DNA of 64,000 bases from Octopus sinensis (GCF_006345805.1 NC_042997.1:24118001-24182000), one strand, 5' to 3'; counted from the stretch's first letter, positions 26,149 through 39,030 are shown. Numbers and translations: made by a program. Notes: generated from the sequence alone by a model not told the origin.

Positions 26149-26188
<40 letters not shown>

Positions 26189-26332
26189 TTATCATTATTA
26201 TTATCATTATTATTATTATTAATATTATTATTATTATTATTATTTTATTATTGTTTTTTATTATTTTATTATTATATTATTATTATTATTATTATCATTA
26301 TCATGATATTATCACATTATAATTATTATTAA

Positions 26333-26368
<36 letters not shown>

Positions 26369-26452
26369 CATTATCTTTATTATTATTATTATTATTATTA
26401 TTATCATTATTATATTATTATTATTATTATTATTATTATATCATCATTCATT

Positions 26453-26487
<35 letters not shown>

Positions 26488-26524
26488 CATCATTATTATT
26501 GTTATTATTATATTATTACTTTTT

Positions 26525-26635
26525 TTCTTCTTCTTTCAAATTTGCTTCCATTTCTTGCCGAGGGTCTTCCCGACTCCAAGGGCAGAGAAACTCATAGTAT
26601 ACATTGGTATGGCCATTAAACAAAACTCAATAGTT
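26525..26635 (-). mobile_element. Probable third R4/Dong-type 3'UTR stub
   Basis: Non-repetitive island between microsatellites; minus strand GCCCTTGGAGTCGGGAAGACCCTCGG resembles motifs in the other two 3'UTRs. Confidence 0.45.
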
Positions 26636-27742
26636 CTTCTTCTTCTTCTTCTTCGTCTTCTTTATTATTACTCTATTATTATTATTATTATTATTATATA
26701 TTATTATTATTATTATTATTATTACTTATATTATTATTATCATTTATATTTATTTTATTATGTTATTATTATTATATTATTATTATTTTATTATACATAT
26801 TATTATTATCATTTATATTATTTTTTATTAATATTTTTATTATTATTTTTATTTATATTATTATTATTGGTGCTGTTGTTACTTTTGTTATCTTAACCAT
26901 CATCATAGTTTTCCTCCTCCGCATCATCATGTTCATCATAAACGTTAATGATACTTCCTTAATTCATTACTACTCTTACATCATTTGCAATATACTACAT
27001 CAACCATCACAAGCACCACCACTACCGAAACCACCACAACTACTACTACCACCACCACCACCGCCGCCGCCACTACTACTGCTACTACTACTACTACCAC
27101 ACACCACCAACACACACCACACCACCACCACTACCACCACCCACCACCACCACCACAACCACACCACTACTACTGCTGCTGCTGCTTGAAACCACTACTA
27201 CTACTACTAATACGACCACCACCACCACCACCACCCCACCACCACCACCACTACTACTACCACCACCACCACCACCACCACCACCACCACCACCACCACT
27301 ACTACAGCTGCTGCTGCTGCTGCAACTACTACTACTACTACTACCACCACCATCACCACCACCACCACCACCACCACCACACTACTACTACTACTACTAC
27401 TACTGTCATCGTTTATATCATCATCATCGCCGTTGTAATATGATGTTATTCGTGATTGACTTAGTCTCCAGCATATACTTCATTCTTCTCATCACATATA
27501 AAACTGCCATTTCCTATAACACGCGTGCGCGCACACACGCACACATACACACACAGAGGTATGCACAGACACACACACATACACACGTACTGACATCACA
27601 TATATCACACACTTATGTATGTACATGTGAATGCAAATATGCATGTAAGTTTGGACACGTTTATACGCATACATATAAGTATACACACACATATATATGT
27701 ATACGCACGCATACACATTCACTGATGCACATTCACTGACAT

Positions 27743-27774
<32 letters not shown>

Positions 27775-28569
27775 CGTGTGTGTGTGTGAACACATATGTA
27801 TTGCAGTTTAAACATGTATGTATATATGCGAACATACGCACACACATATATATATGCGTTCTGTTTTTAATTTATATCTTATATATATATATATATTATA
27901 TATATTCTATATTATATATATACTTCTGTCTACTTATGTATATATATATATATATACATGTAGATATATATATACATGTATGTAATTAGATGTGTGTAGG
28001 TACATACATACACAACACACCACACACACACACAACACATATATATATATATATAATATATATAATATATATACACACATACATATGTATATAGATACAT
28101 ACGTATATAAATATATATACATACACACACACACCACACACATATATGTATGTATAAACATATATACACCCACATCTATAGAGACACACACATTCACATG
28201 TACCGTCTCATATATTTAGTTAATAATAATGGTTGTCTTAGTCCATAAGATAGTTCAACTGTCTCTGTAGTCGCTTGGGAATTTTACATATCGCAACAGA
28301 GGGCTTGCCCCTAATTCATGTCTCGACTCACGTTTCACGAGAATTAGATAGCTTTAGCGGTTTTCGCATTCCCTGAACGCTTCCAATACTTTTCAGTTCC
28401 TGCCTGCCACTCTGCCGCGCTGCCACCCTGCCATTTTCGTCTTTCTTCTACATATGACAGAACCGAAACATTGAAGAATTAATACAATCCCCGAGATTAT
28501 TTCATAGCAAAATACTTTGATCGATAGGTATGTTACATACATACACATGTGTGCGTGTGTATGTGTGTA

Positions 28570-28661
<92 letters not shown>

Positions 28662-28921
28662 TGTATGTGTGCGTGTGTGTGTGGATACGTACAATATCAT
28701 TCGTACAAAGATATAAATACATGCATATATAGGTACATATATAAGTGTGTGTGTGTGTATATACATTTACAGACACACACATACACACACATACACACAT
28801 ATGTATAAATACATATACATATATACATATATATGTATTATATATATATGTATATATGTGGGTGTCCATATACTATATATATAACACACATTGTTATATA
28901 TATGCGTATATGTATGTATGC

Positions 28922-28975
<54 letters not shown>

Positions 28976-29010
28976 ATATATATATATATAATATATATAT
29001 ATATATATGT

Positions 29011-29059
<49 letters not shown>

Positions 29060-29217
29060 TGCATATAGATAAAAGGATTATTAATATATAAAACAGATAA
29101 ATGCACTTATATATAAAATATTAGTATCAACACACACACACACACACACGCACACGCATCTTGTAATATTTATCTATATATGCACAGGCATATAATCCCC
29201 TTCTTATATTTTACTGA

Positions 29218-30203
29218 TACGAGGTGCATTCCAGATGTTTTGATACTCCGTAAGTAGAGTCGCTTTCGTTGTCGTAAATTATTGTAATTTTAGTATATCA
29301 TTACCATAAATCTAATCAGCTGAGCTGCTTACTTTTTTATTCCAGAGTGAATTAGACGGCTGTAACCACACATTGAACACACCTTACCAAATACTGCTTT
29401 TTTTTTTTTTACCTCAGACTACAGTAATTCACCAACTATCACGGGTGTTACGTTCCAAAAAGCCCGCGATAGATGACAACCGCGAAGTAGAAACAGTACT
29501 GTGCTGTGTGTATATTTTTTTAATGATTTTAATAATTTGCATACACTTATGTTATTATAAATGTAAAGCAACATCACAGGGGAATCGATGTAAACTTAAG
29601 TAACAAACCGCAATAGGTGAACCGCGATAGGTGAACCGCAATAGGTGAATCGCGATATGGCGAGGGATTATTGCATAGCGAGAATCTCGCTATGCAATAT
29701 AGCTTTGTGGTAAACTGTGTGAAAACGCTACTGAACCTTTCGAAATGCTGCAGATTACTAATGGATTAACTTGTGTTAGCCAAACAGCTGTTTTTCTTTG
29801 GCACAGGAATCCAGCGGGATGCTTATGATGAACTCCTTTTCCGAAGCAAGGGCACCACCTACTCCCACTGCCTGCCCGCTGGCCAAAATTTTCAACAAAG
29901 AATACTTTGCGGATGTTTGAAGAGAGTTCAGGAAGAGATTATGTTGCAAAGTACCAGAGTATCTACACCGTGGCAATGCACCAGTCGAAGGTTCCATCCA
30001 GGTAACCAATTATTTGACACAGATGGATATCAAAACTGAATCTCGATCTTCCTACGGTCCAGACATAGATGCCTGTGACATTTGGTTGTTCTCCAAGCTG
30101 TAGGAGAAGATGAAGGAGGTTGTGATGAGGGTTCTGGATCCTTCACTTTGGAAGACTAAAATAGGGACTTCGGGAAATGGCTGGTACGTTACAAGAAGGG
30201 TAT
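29218..30203 (+). mobile_element. Mariner relic
   Basis: TACGAGGTGCATTC TIR-like start; KLCENATEPFEMLQ...VSQTAVFLWH; NKEYFADV...LHRGNAP...SSYGPDIDACDIWLFSKL. Confidence 0.8.
29422..29673. mobile_element. pogo/Tigger-type MITE nested in the mariner relic
   Basis: Degenerate TIRs CAGTAATTCACCAACTATCACG / CGCGATATGGCGAGGGATTATTG; three to four tandem AACCGC(A/G)ATAGGTG subterminal repeats. Confidence 0.65.
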
Positions 30204-30262
30204 TTAATATTATTTACATTATTTACATTCGACGGATATTTGTTCTCATATTGTTTGTTGTT

Positions 30263-30308
30263 AACACAATGTTTCGGCTGATATACCCTCCAGCCTTCAT
30301 CAGGTGTC
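30263..30308 (-). ncRNA. Minimal hammerhead, probably inactive
   Basis: GACAC-CUGAUGA-A-GGCUG...CAGCC-GAAA-CAU-U-GUGUU; G-to-A change breaks the ACGU palindrome. Confidence 0.6.
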
Positions 30309-30447
30309 TTGGGGAAATTTCAAATCTGGGTTCTCATTCCTAAAGTATTCAGTGACTTGAATAATAACAACAACAACAACAAAAACAACAACAACTTCAA
30401 AAAATGCCTTAGGAATGAGAAAGAAACCAGTTTCGAAATCTCCCCAA

Positions 30448-30493
30448 GACACCTGACGAAGGCTGGAGGGTATATCAGCCGAAACGTAGTGTT
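30448..30493 (+). ncRNA. Minimal type I hammerhead (dimer type)
   Basis: GACAC-CUGACGA-A-GGCUG(GAGGGUAUAU)CAGCC-GAAA-CGU-A-GUGUU; canonical core, 5-bp stems I and II, ACGU palindromic stem III. Confidence 0.8.
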
Positions 30494-31116
30494 AACAATA
30501 AACATGATAAGGACGAATATTTGCTTATTTGTATCATTATCTTACCTAGATTCCGATTATAGCCTCTCTTTACCCCGATCACTCAGAAGTCGATATAAAT
30601 TTCGTAGTGTAATTTCAAATCATTTGAGCACTACTGCTTTCTCTATGAGGCAACTGTTGATCTATGTATATATATAATGAGAGAAAGAGAGAGAGTGAGA
30701 GAGAGAGAGAAGGTGAGAGAGAAATAGATAGAGAGAGAAAGAGATAGAGAGAGAAAAAAAGAGTGGAAAAGAGAAAGAAAGATAGGTAGATATAGGCTAA
30801 ACATAGGTAGAGACAGGGCAAGAGAGGTTAGTAAGAGGTTAGCAAGAGCGGTTAGAAAGAGGTGTATAAATGCATGTCACTAAAAATCATAGATCAGATT
30901 TAGAGAATAATGTATCTCATACTTCCAGGAGTAGAATATAATAAATTCTTTATTCGATGCCAAGTAAAATGCGCTACTTTTGTTTCGTTTCTAAATGAAT
31001 TTCAACTCAACGACGATATTTGTAAATAAATTCATTTAAAATTCCAGAGAATTAATTCTCAAATACTTCACAGACAGCACCTCTCTCTCCTCTCTCTCTC
31101 TCTCTCTTCTCTCTCT

Positions 31117-31164
<48 letters not shown>

Positions 31165-31278
31165 AATCAAGGAACGGCCATAATAGGCCATTCACCCACT
31201 AGAAATAACAGCCAAAGTTCAACCGCAAAATAACATAAGTTCCGTAAACCAGGAGAAATTAAAAACATTTACCCTGTA

Positions 31279-31385
31279 ATTTCTTATACGATGCACCGTT
31301 TCATCTACTGTTTAATGGTAAACTAACCTGATTAAATTAAATCAAGCCAATCTTCCATAGGCCCTTAGAATCGTCAGTAAGAAAT
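31279..31385 (-). ncRNA. Type I hammerhead (subfamily 2)
   Basis: AUUUCUUA-CUGACGA-UUCUA...UAGAU-GAAACGGUGCAUCGUA-UAAGAAAU. Confidence 0.8.
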
Positions 31386-31676
31386 AGCAGATCGGAACAG
31401 ATATTTTCACGAGGCATTTCTGTCCCTGCCTCGGCAATATCTGACCTAAAATTTTCAAATCACTAGGCCGCTGGTGGCAAAAAATCTACAAAATTTTTTG
31501 CCACCCTATATTGATTAATTATGAATTTTCTGGTTAATTTCCGTAATGGAATCGGTGGCTTATATTTATTTGCTGCCGATAAATTTGGCGCGAGTGCGAT
31601 GATTGAAAATTTTAGGTCAGATATTGCCGAGGCAGGGACAGAAATGCCTCGTGAAAATATCTGTTCCGATCTGGCT

Positions 31677-31779
31677 ATTCTTACTGACGATTCTAAGGCC
31701 TATGGAGATTGGCTTGATTTAATTAATCAGGTTAGTTTACCATTTAACAGTAGATGAAACGGTGCATCGTATAAGAAAT
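31677..31779 (+). ncRNA. Type I hammerhead (subfamily 2)
   Basis: Same fold; one T missing in the 5' strand of stem I. Confidence 0.78.
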
Positions 31780-32160
31780 TACAGGGTAAATGTTTTTTTA
31801 ATTTTCTCCTGGTTTACGGAATTAATGTTATTTTGCGGTTGAAGCTTTGGGTGTTATTTCTAGTTGGGTGAAAGGCCTATTATGGCCGTTCCTTGATTGT
31901 GATGTTGAAATTAAAAAATGGTCTATGACTATTTAATTTTTTCCCACTAGGCCGCTGGTGGCAAAAATTCTACACAAATTTTTTGCCACCCTATATTGAT
32001 TAATTATGAATTTTCTGGTTAATTTCGTAATGGAATCGGCGGCTTATATTTATTTGCTGCCGATAAATTGGCGCGAGTGCGATGATTTGAAAATTTTAGG
32101 TCAGATATTGCCGAGGCAGGGACAGAAATGCCTCGTGAAAATATCTATTCCGATCTGGCT

Positions 32161-32266
32161 ATTTCTTACTGACGATTCTAGGGCCTATAGAAGATTGGCT
32201 TGATTTAATTTAATCAGGTTAGTTTACCATTAAACAGTAGATGAAACGGTGCATCGTATAAGAAAT
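32161..32266 (+). ncRNA. Type I hammerhead (subfamily 2)
   Basis: ATTTCTTA 32161-68, CTGACGA 32169-75, GAAAC 32243-47, GTA 32256-58, TAAGAAAT 32259-66. Confidence 0.82.
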
Positions 32267-32477
32267 TACAGGTGTAAATGTTTTTTTAATTTTCTCCTGG
32301 TTTACGGAATTAATGTTTTTTTGCGGTTGAAGCTTTGGCTGTTATTTCTAGTGGGTGAATGGCCTATCATGGCCGTTCCTTGATTGTGATGTTGACTTAA
32401 AAATGGTCTATGACTATTTAATTTTTTGCCGCTGGTGGCAAAAAAATTCTACAAAATTTTTTGCCACCCTATATTGA

Positions 32478-32527
<50 letters not shown>

Positions 32528-32826
32528 CTGCATTTCATTGTTTTCGCCATAATTCATTCCACGCATATGTATGTGTGGGTAGTGAATATGTTTTTAGGTG
32601 TGTGTGCGTGCGTATATATATATATATATATGGATAACGTACAATGTATATATATGTATGTATGTGTATAGGCATTTGTATAAACAGACACAGACACACA
32701 CGCATATATGTATATATACTCCCACACACATATACATACATATATACACGCTTACAAATATGCTCAACACCCACATATACATATGAATCGAATGCTGAGG
32801 AAAACAGTGAAATGCATATAAGGTAG

Positions 32827-32862
<36 letters not shown>

Positions 32863-32928
32863 ATATATATATATTTATACATACGTGTGTGTATGTGTAT
32901 GTATAATATTTATACATATACATATATG

Positions 32929-32970
<42 letters not shown>

Positions 32971-33603
32971 ATATATATATATATATCATATATATACATA
33001 CATACATAAGTACATACATAATCGCTTCATAGAAACTTAGATAAATAGATAGGTACTTAGAAGTCTTCCAGAAGTTTTGTTTCAAGACATACGTCGTTCA
33101 TATATTTCACTTTTTTTTTCTGTTTTATTCGATACATTTTGCTTTATTTACTTTTTTATCCTAACATATGTTTTCGAACTTGACAACTATTGCTAAGACT
33201 GCAGAAGCAAAAAGAAGAAGGAACGTGGTTTCAGAAAAAGAATTTGAAAAAAATGAAATGTATTAAAAACAAATTTACTACAGCTCGAGAAATAACTGCT
33301 GTATATTTCAAGTAAACAAGTACAATAATCTAGATAAGATGGGATCATCTCTATCAGCGTTATGACTATCAACGTCGTCCTCGTTGTCGTCATAGCCGTC
33401 GCCGTCGTTGTCTTCGTCTACGTAACCATCAGCGTCGCGACGTCGTTGTCATCATAATCATCATAATCTTTACCACAGCCACCATCACCATGAAGATTAT
33501 CTACCCACGCCTGCGATATTTTCGAAACTAGGAGCTTACATTTCTTTCGAAGAAACAAATCAATATTCATAACAAAAACAAAAACAACAATAATAATGAT
33601 ATA

Positions 33604-33649
<46 letters not shown>

Positions 33650-33650
<1 letters not shown>

Positions 33651-34210
33651 GATGCCCTGATGCAGTACCAGGCATGGCTCTCATGGCTTCTGATCTTAAC
33701 TGATTGGAAGTGTTATGATGTACATTGTTTTGTCTTGGTTAAAAAGATGGGCTACAGCAAATATTCTGCTCAATACCACAGATTTGCTTGTCAGTTGTTT
33801 GACCTTAACCAGTTGATCATGTCCCTTAGTGGCTGACGATATGTGCATCTCTGATCACGAGCAGAAGTAGTGGGGGAGCATCATAGCCATGTGTTGAGAG
33901 GGATTGTTTGGGGTTTGAATAGTTCACCTCTGGAAACATGGTGGTTCTTTCAACATCCTTAAACAACCCTTATTCAGGGACCGTTTGAGCGGGATGGGCT
34001 ACTCAACCTGAAGAAAATTCTAACTGGGCCCCACCTGCAAGGTCATGTGCTGTTTATCTTGATATGAGATCACCATGTCGCGCACATATGGTTGTGATGC
34101 ATGTGCCTGGTGTACCTTTATCAGACGGGTAGTCATGATGGGTATATTATTGGGCTTCGTATATTTTTTACCCCAGTGTCACTTTGATGGCATGAACTGC
34201 TCTCTCACTC
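33650..34210. mobile_element. Unclassified ~560-bp non-coding insertion inside an (AAT)n array
   Basis: Sharp-edged, higher-GC island with (AAT)n on both sides; no ORF recognised; recalled as a recurrent octopus repeat (unverified). Confidence 0.55.
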
Positions 34211-34275
34211 AATAATAATAATAATAATAATAATAAAATAATAATGATGATGATGATGATATAATAAAAATAATG

Positions 34276-34324
<49 letters not shown>

Positions 34325-34407
34325 TGATTTGATGATGATGATAATATATGATGATGATGATGATGATAATAATAATAATAATGATGATGATGATGATGAT
34401 GATGATG

Positions 34408-34450
<43 letters not shown>

Positions 34451-34461
34451 TGATGATGGTG

Positions 34462-34510
<49 letters not shown>

Positions 34511-34545
34511 TGATGATGATGATGATGATAATAATAATAATAATA

Positions 34546-34602
<57 letters not shown>

Positions 34603-34615
34603 TAATAATAATAAT
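34211..34615. repeat. (AAT)n/(GAT)n compound microsatellite
   Basis: Direct reading. Confidence 0.95.
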
Positions 34616-35284
34616 TCGCATTCAGTTCGCTCTTTAGAATAACTCCAACTCTAAATTAACATTGTTTCCGTATATTTTCGAGAATTTGTGAGTGCTTGAT
34701 GCCATCTCTTTCACATACATATAAATACTATTTTTTCAAGATCAGATCATTGTTCTATTTGCTGTAGGAGTATGTACATTTAAGCAAAATGTGCTATCAA
34801 TTGGTCGAACAAATCAACAAGCGTTCAAGAGTCCAAGTTATTCTTCCTTTTACAAGGTGACGTAATATCCTATGAGAGATTTCGTCGTTATCGCTAGCAA
34901 TTTGGATTGCTATGACGTGGCTTGTTTGTTAACTTAAAATCTATTAAATATACTAGTAAGCATTTGTTATCAAGGAATACATTCATTACAATGAATACAA
35001 GATATATATTACACTAACAGTAAGCTTCATATTCAAAATATTCCAGGTCTCTTGTTCCGTAAATTCTTATTATTGGAACCAGCTAACTATTATAGTTAAC
35101 ATTAAACTATCAATTTCTTTCATTTAATATAAAATTAGTTAAAGAAGCCATTCTTCTTGGTATTCTCGCTTTCTATTACAAAATGTTACTGGAAAACGGA
35201 TGACGTTTATTCTTGAGAATAATAAAACGTGATCCCGTCCTATTCAAACTCATTCATCATTAATTTATTTTTGCCATATATACC

Positions 35285-35510
35285 TATTTTTTACTACCCA
35301 CAAGGGGCTAAACACAGAGAGGAAAAACAAGGATAGACAAACGGATTAAGTCGATTACATCGACCACAGTGGTACTTAATTTATTGACCCCGAAAGGATG
35401 AAAGGCAAAGTCGACCTCGGCGGATTTTGAACTCAGAACGTAACGGCAGGCGAAATACCGCTACGCATTTCGCCCAGCGTGGTTACGTTTCTGCCAGCTC
35501 GTCGCCTTTC
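35285..35510 (-). mobile_element. SINE family B with TSD
   Basis: Reverse complement of 21677-21906; GCCATATATACC on both flanks. Confidence 0.88.
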
Positions 35511-37009
35511 GCCATATATACCAACGTGAGAAACTCACTCCAACTTCCATGTACAGAGACTTCATTGAAATATTCTCGTGATTGATTAGGCTAACAGCCC
35601 CGCCTTCTTAACTTGAAATATCAGCTGTTTTACATAGATGCTAGGTAGAATTCACGTGACACTTTAGCCAGGGATATAGAATAAATGTTTTTATTTGACA
35701 ACAAAACTTCGACAAATATAGCTGTACATTAAAAATCTAAAAATAAAAAAAATGGAAATACTGCACAGCTTTTCAAAATTACTCACACAAAGTTTTCAAT
35801 ACACAGCAATGAATTTTGCAAGAAAATAAAAGACATACTGTTTCGCTTCTCAAAACTGAATTCATAATTATGATTTTCCTTTAAAAAAAAATGCAGAACA
35901 TTCTGTTCACAGGGCTGGGTGTTATGTGATAAATATGATTTACTCGTGAGAATTAGCGATCATAGCAAAGTGAAATGCCTATATGTATGGAAACCAGCGT
36001 GTTCATACATATAGTTTCCATACATACATATTTTACAATTGTCAAACTAAGAACAGAGGCTCACGACTTGATAAAACCTCCCTTAAATCACATTTTACCG
36101 ATATAAAATTCTAAGATGAGATAATGCACTCTTGGATACATAAGGTATGAAAAGTATTGGGTGGATAGAAGACGGTACTCTTCTGCTGGTTGACAGTATG
36201 CGTCTCAATTCCGATATTCTTCATCTTCTTAGGTGGCAGTTTGGCTTTGTGTCGAGTGCACCAATTACCACAGAAACAATTGTCTCTATTTATGTGAATG
36301 TTGCTTTTACTTGAGAGGGCCTATAAAACACCGTAGGAGATTGCTGACATTGTGGTAGCTTCTATTTTTCAGCAAATGCAGTTATTGTATTTTTTGCTGT
36401 GAATTTTGATGTTTATATAGGTGAGGTGATGAAAAGAGTATGGCAATTGTCCATTTTCTGGTCTGTGAGACGAGTCTGCATATTCTTCCGCAAGTGTAGT
36501 GTTAGTATTTTGGCATCTTGCTTCAGATTTCCAGTCGCATTTGCTTGGATATCATGGAGGATCACTCAAGAATGCTGCCAAGATCTTCAGATGCAACTAA
36601 TACTTCGAATTTCATGGACATCCAGAATGAGTCTGTGGAGAGTGATAATTAAGTCCTGTCAATTCCCCATATTCTTTGGGCATTGCCACTATTTTGGCTT
36701 AGTTCTAGTGGAGGTGTTTTGTTGGTAACAATTAATTTTACGACGAATCGCTCAGTGTAGAGTGGTGTCATCACATACATATTTTTGACAAAGCTTGTTC
36801 GCAGAAATCACACAAGTAAATGGAAATTGTGTTTCCTGAAGAGTAAAAGCAATGTTGCAAAAGTTTATATCGGTGTAAATTTCAATTACTGATCATGAAA
36901 GTTATTAAAGAAGAGTAGGATTAAGAAAATGAGTGTGAAAATGGCATGGATTGACTGTCAGATTGTTTTAGACGGTATTTCCTATATTTGGCAAACGGAA
37001 ACAGCTACG

Positions 37010-37970
37010 ATTAAGGTAGAGCACTAATATGTCGATTCTTTAAACGTATCATGAGTAAATGGTAATAATTCTTCAGATATTTACAAAAAGACACATTTTT
37101 AAAAATCTAACTTCATCTTTATTAGAAGAGGACTAATACAGTCTTTTTTTATGCTTGGATCTTCTTCCTTGCTGTAGTTCTCTGCTGCCTAGCGCTAGCA
37201 CTTATAACCTGCATGCTAAAACAGGCTGAACTTGTGATGGTGCGCGATGGAGAATCAATCGATCATCTTAAATTACATTTTGTTTTATTTTCGCATGTCC
37301 ACTGAGTTGTTTTGTTTGCTTGAGGCCTGACAATCTCTGTGACTTTCGCAGGCGCTACAAGCATGGGAAGTTCTCAGTCTTATCATTAATGGCGGAAAAC
37401 TGAGTGTTACTATTTTGGTTGATGACTAATGAAGAATTAGGGACCCTCTGTGTCTGTGTCCCGTCCGGTTACTTCCTCAATATATGTAAAACGGTTTTTT
37501 TTTATCACTCGTTGTTTACTAAACAATGCATTTTTTCATTTACTAAGTAATGTTACAGAGGCACACCCGACATTTTTAACAGTAAGTTTATATAATTATT
37601 CTGTGTAGCTACCATTAAGGTAGACACTAATATGTCGATTCTTTAAACGTATCATGAGTAAATGGTAATAATTCTTCAGATATTTACAAAAGGCACATTT
37701 TAAAAAATCGAACTTCATCTTTATTAAAAGAGGACTAATACAGTTCTCAGTCTCATCATTAATGGCGGAAAACTGAGTATTACTATTTTGGTTGATGACT
37801 AATGAAGAATTAGGGACCCTCTGTGTCTGTCTCCCGTCCGGTTACTTCCTCAATATATGTAAACGGTTTTTTATCTGTCGTTTATTTACAATGTATTTTT
37901 TCATTTACTAAGTAATGGTACGCACGCACATCCGACATTTTTAATAGTATGTTTATATATATTCTGTGTG
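37010..37970. repeat. Local tandem duplication (604-bp period; second copy lacks ~230 bp)
   Basis: ATTAAGGTAGA...GGACTAATACAG at 37010 and 37614; TTCTCAGTC...TCTGTGT block at ~37370 and ~37745; older relative at ~38430-38650. Confidence 0.85.
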
Positions 37971-38740
37971 ACTCTACACTACTTTCTCTTTCTCCTTTTC
38001 TATCTCTCGCCCTCTTACTTCTATTTCTAGCCTGTCCACTTTCCCCTTTATTCTCTCTCTCATCCTCTTACTTGTATTTGTAGCCTTTCTCCTTCCCCTT
38101 CCCACTTAATTTCTTCCCTAATTTTCTCTCTATTTCCTCTCTGTTACTCTCTCTCCCTTTCTCCTTTACCTGCTGCTGACACGTGACCCGTGGCCAGCTT
38201 TCCTTCTTTCTCTCTCTCTCTCTTTTCTTATACCGACCGCCCAGCCATTCAGTCGCAAAACAAATTCCTCTATTTTCTTATTTCTATGTCCTTTAGGATT
38301 TCTTCCAAGCGTGACCTACCACTCTTGTCGTTTTGCTCCTTTTCTAATTATACCGTCTTTTGTCCAACGTCTTACATTACATTTTTTTTCTTTTTACTTT
38401 CGTATGACCACTCTATGTTGTTTTCTTTCCTTGAGGCCCGACACTCTCTGCGACTATCGCAGGCACCACCGATATGGAAAGTTCTCAGTCTTTTCATTAG
38501 TGGTACGAAATTGACTGAGTATTACCATTGTGTTTGATAATTGATAAAGAATTACGACCATCTGTATCTGTCTTCCGTCCGGTTGTATCCTCAATATACG
38601 GATACCTTTTTTATCTGGTATTGCTTATTTACAATCAATATTTTCATTTATATATATATATAATAAATATTAGGGAATAAATCCAAACTTACAGGGAAAA
38701 ATCAGATTTAGGATTGAATCCAATTTTATAGTAAAATATT

Positions 38741-38979
38741 ATATTATATTAAATTAGAGACAAAACCACTATTTTGCAAAACAAACAAGGAAAGACTTAA
38801 GCCAATACATAAATTAATTTATATTATTTAAATATGTAACAATTATTAAAAAAATATAATTAATTATATTTTTTAAAATAATTGTTACATATTTAAATAA
38901 TATAAATTAATTTATGTATTGGCTTAAGTCTTTCATTGTTTGATTTGCCTAATAGTGGTTTTGTCTCTAATTTAATATA

Positions 38980-38983
<4 letters not shown>
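38741..38983. repeat. ~243-bp near-perfect spacerless palindrome
   Basis: Centre TATAATTAATTATA at 38855-38868; arms match apart from one short divergent patch. Confidence 0.9.

Positions 38984-39030
<47 letters not shown>

Larger units (their letters stand above)
24520..27440. repeat. Compound trinucleotide microsatellite field (TTC/TTG, TTA, CAT/CGT, CAC/TAC)
   Basis: Direct reading; interrupted by three LINE remnants. Confidence 0.95.
30204..30522. mobile_element. Inverted pair of hammerhead-bearing Penelope pLTR-like repeats separated by (AAC)n
   Basis: Arms ~30236-30348 and ~30404-30521 are reverse complements. Confidence 0.8.
31160..32485. repeat. Second array of the ~488-bp hammerhead monomer (distinct subfamily; ~0.6 direct + ~2.1 inverted) in (TA)n
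   Basis: Same monomer with diagnostic differences (CTGACGA, TGCCGAGGCAGGGACAG); cores 485 nt apart; inversion junction ~31461. Confidence 0.9.

Noticed and set aside
31521-31757. 78-aa ORF in the 488-bp monomer as a protein gene
   Set aside because: Frame is not kept in the sister monomer (32006-32203 shifts) and no domain was recognised.
33360-33490. GC-rich stretch as an exon
   Set aside because: Degenerate (GTC)/(ATC) trinucleotide repeat.
36300-36730. YIGE motif suggesting a GIY-YIG endonuclease, or a hAT remnant
   Set aside because: Four-residue match only; other family motifs not recoverable in any frame.
37370-38560. CTAATGA motifs as hammerhead cores
   Set aside because: G5 absent and no properly placed GAAA and stems.
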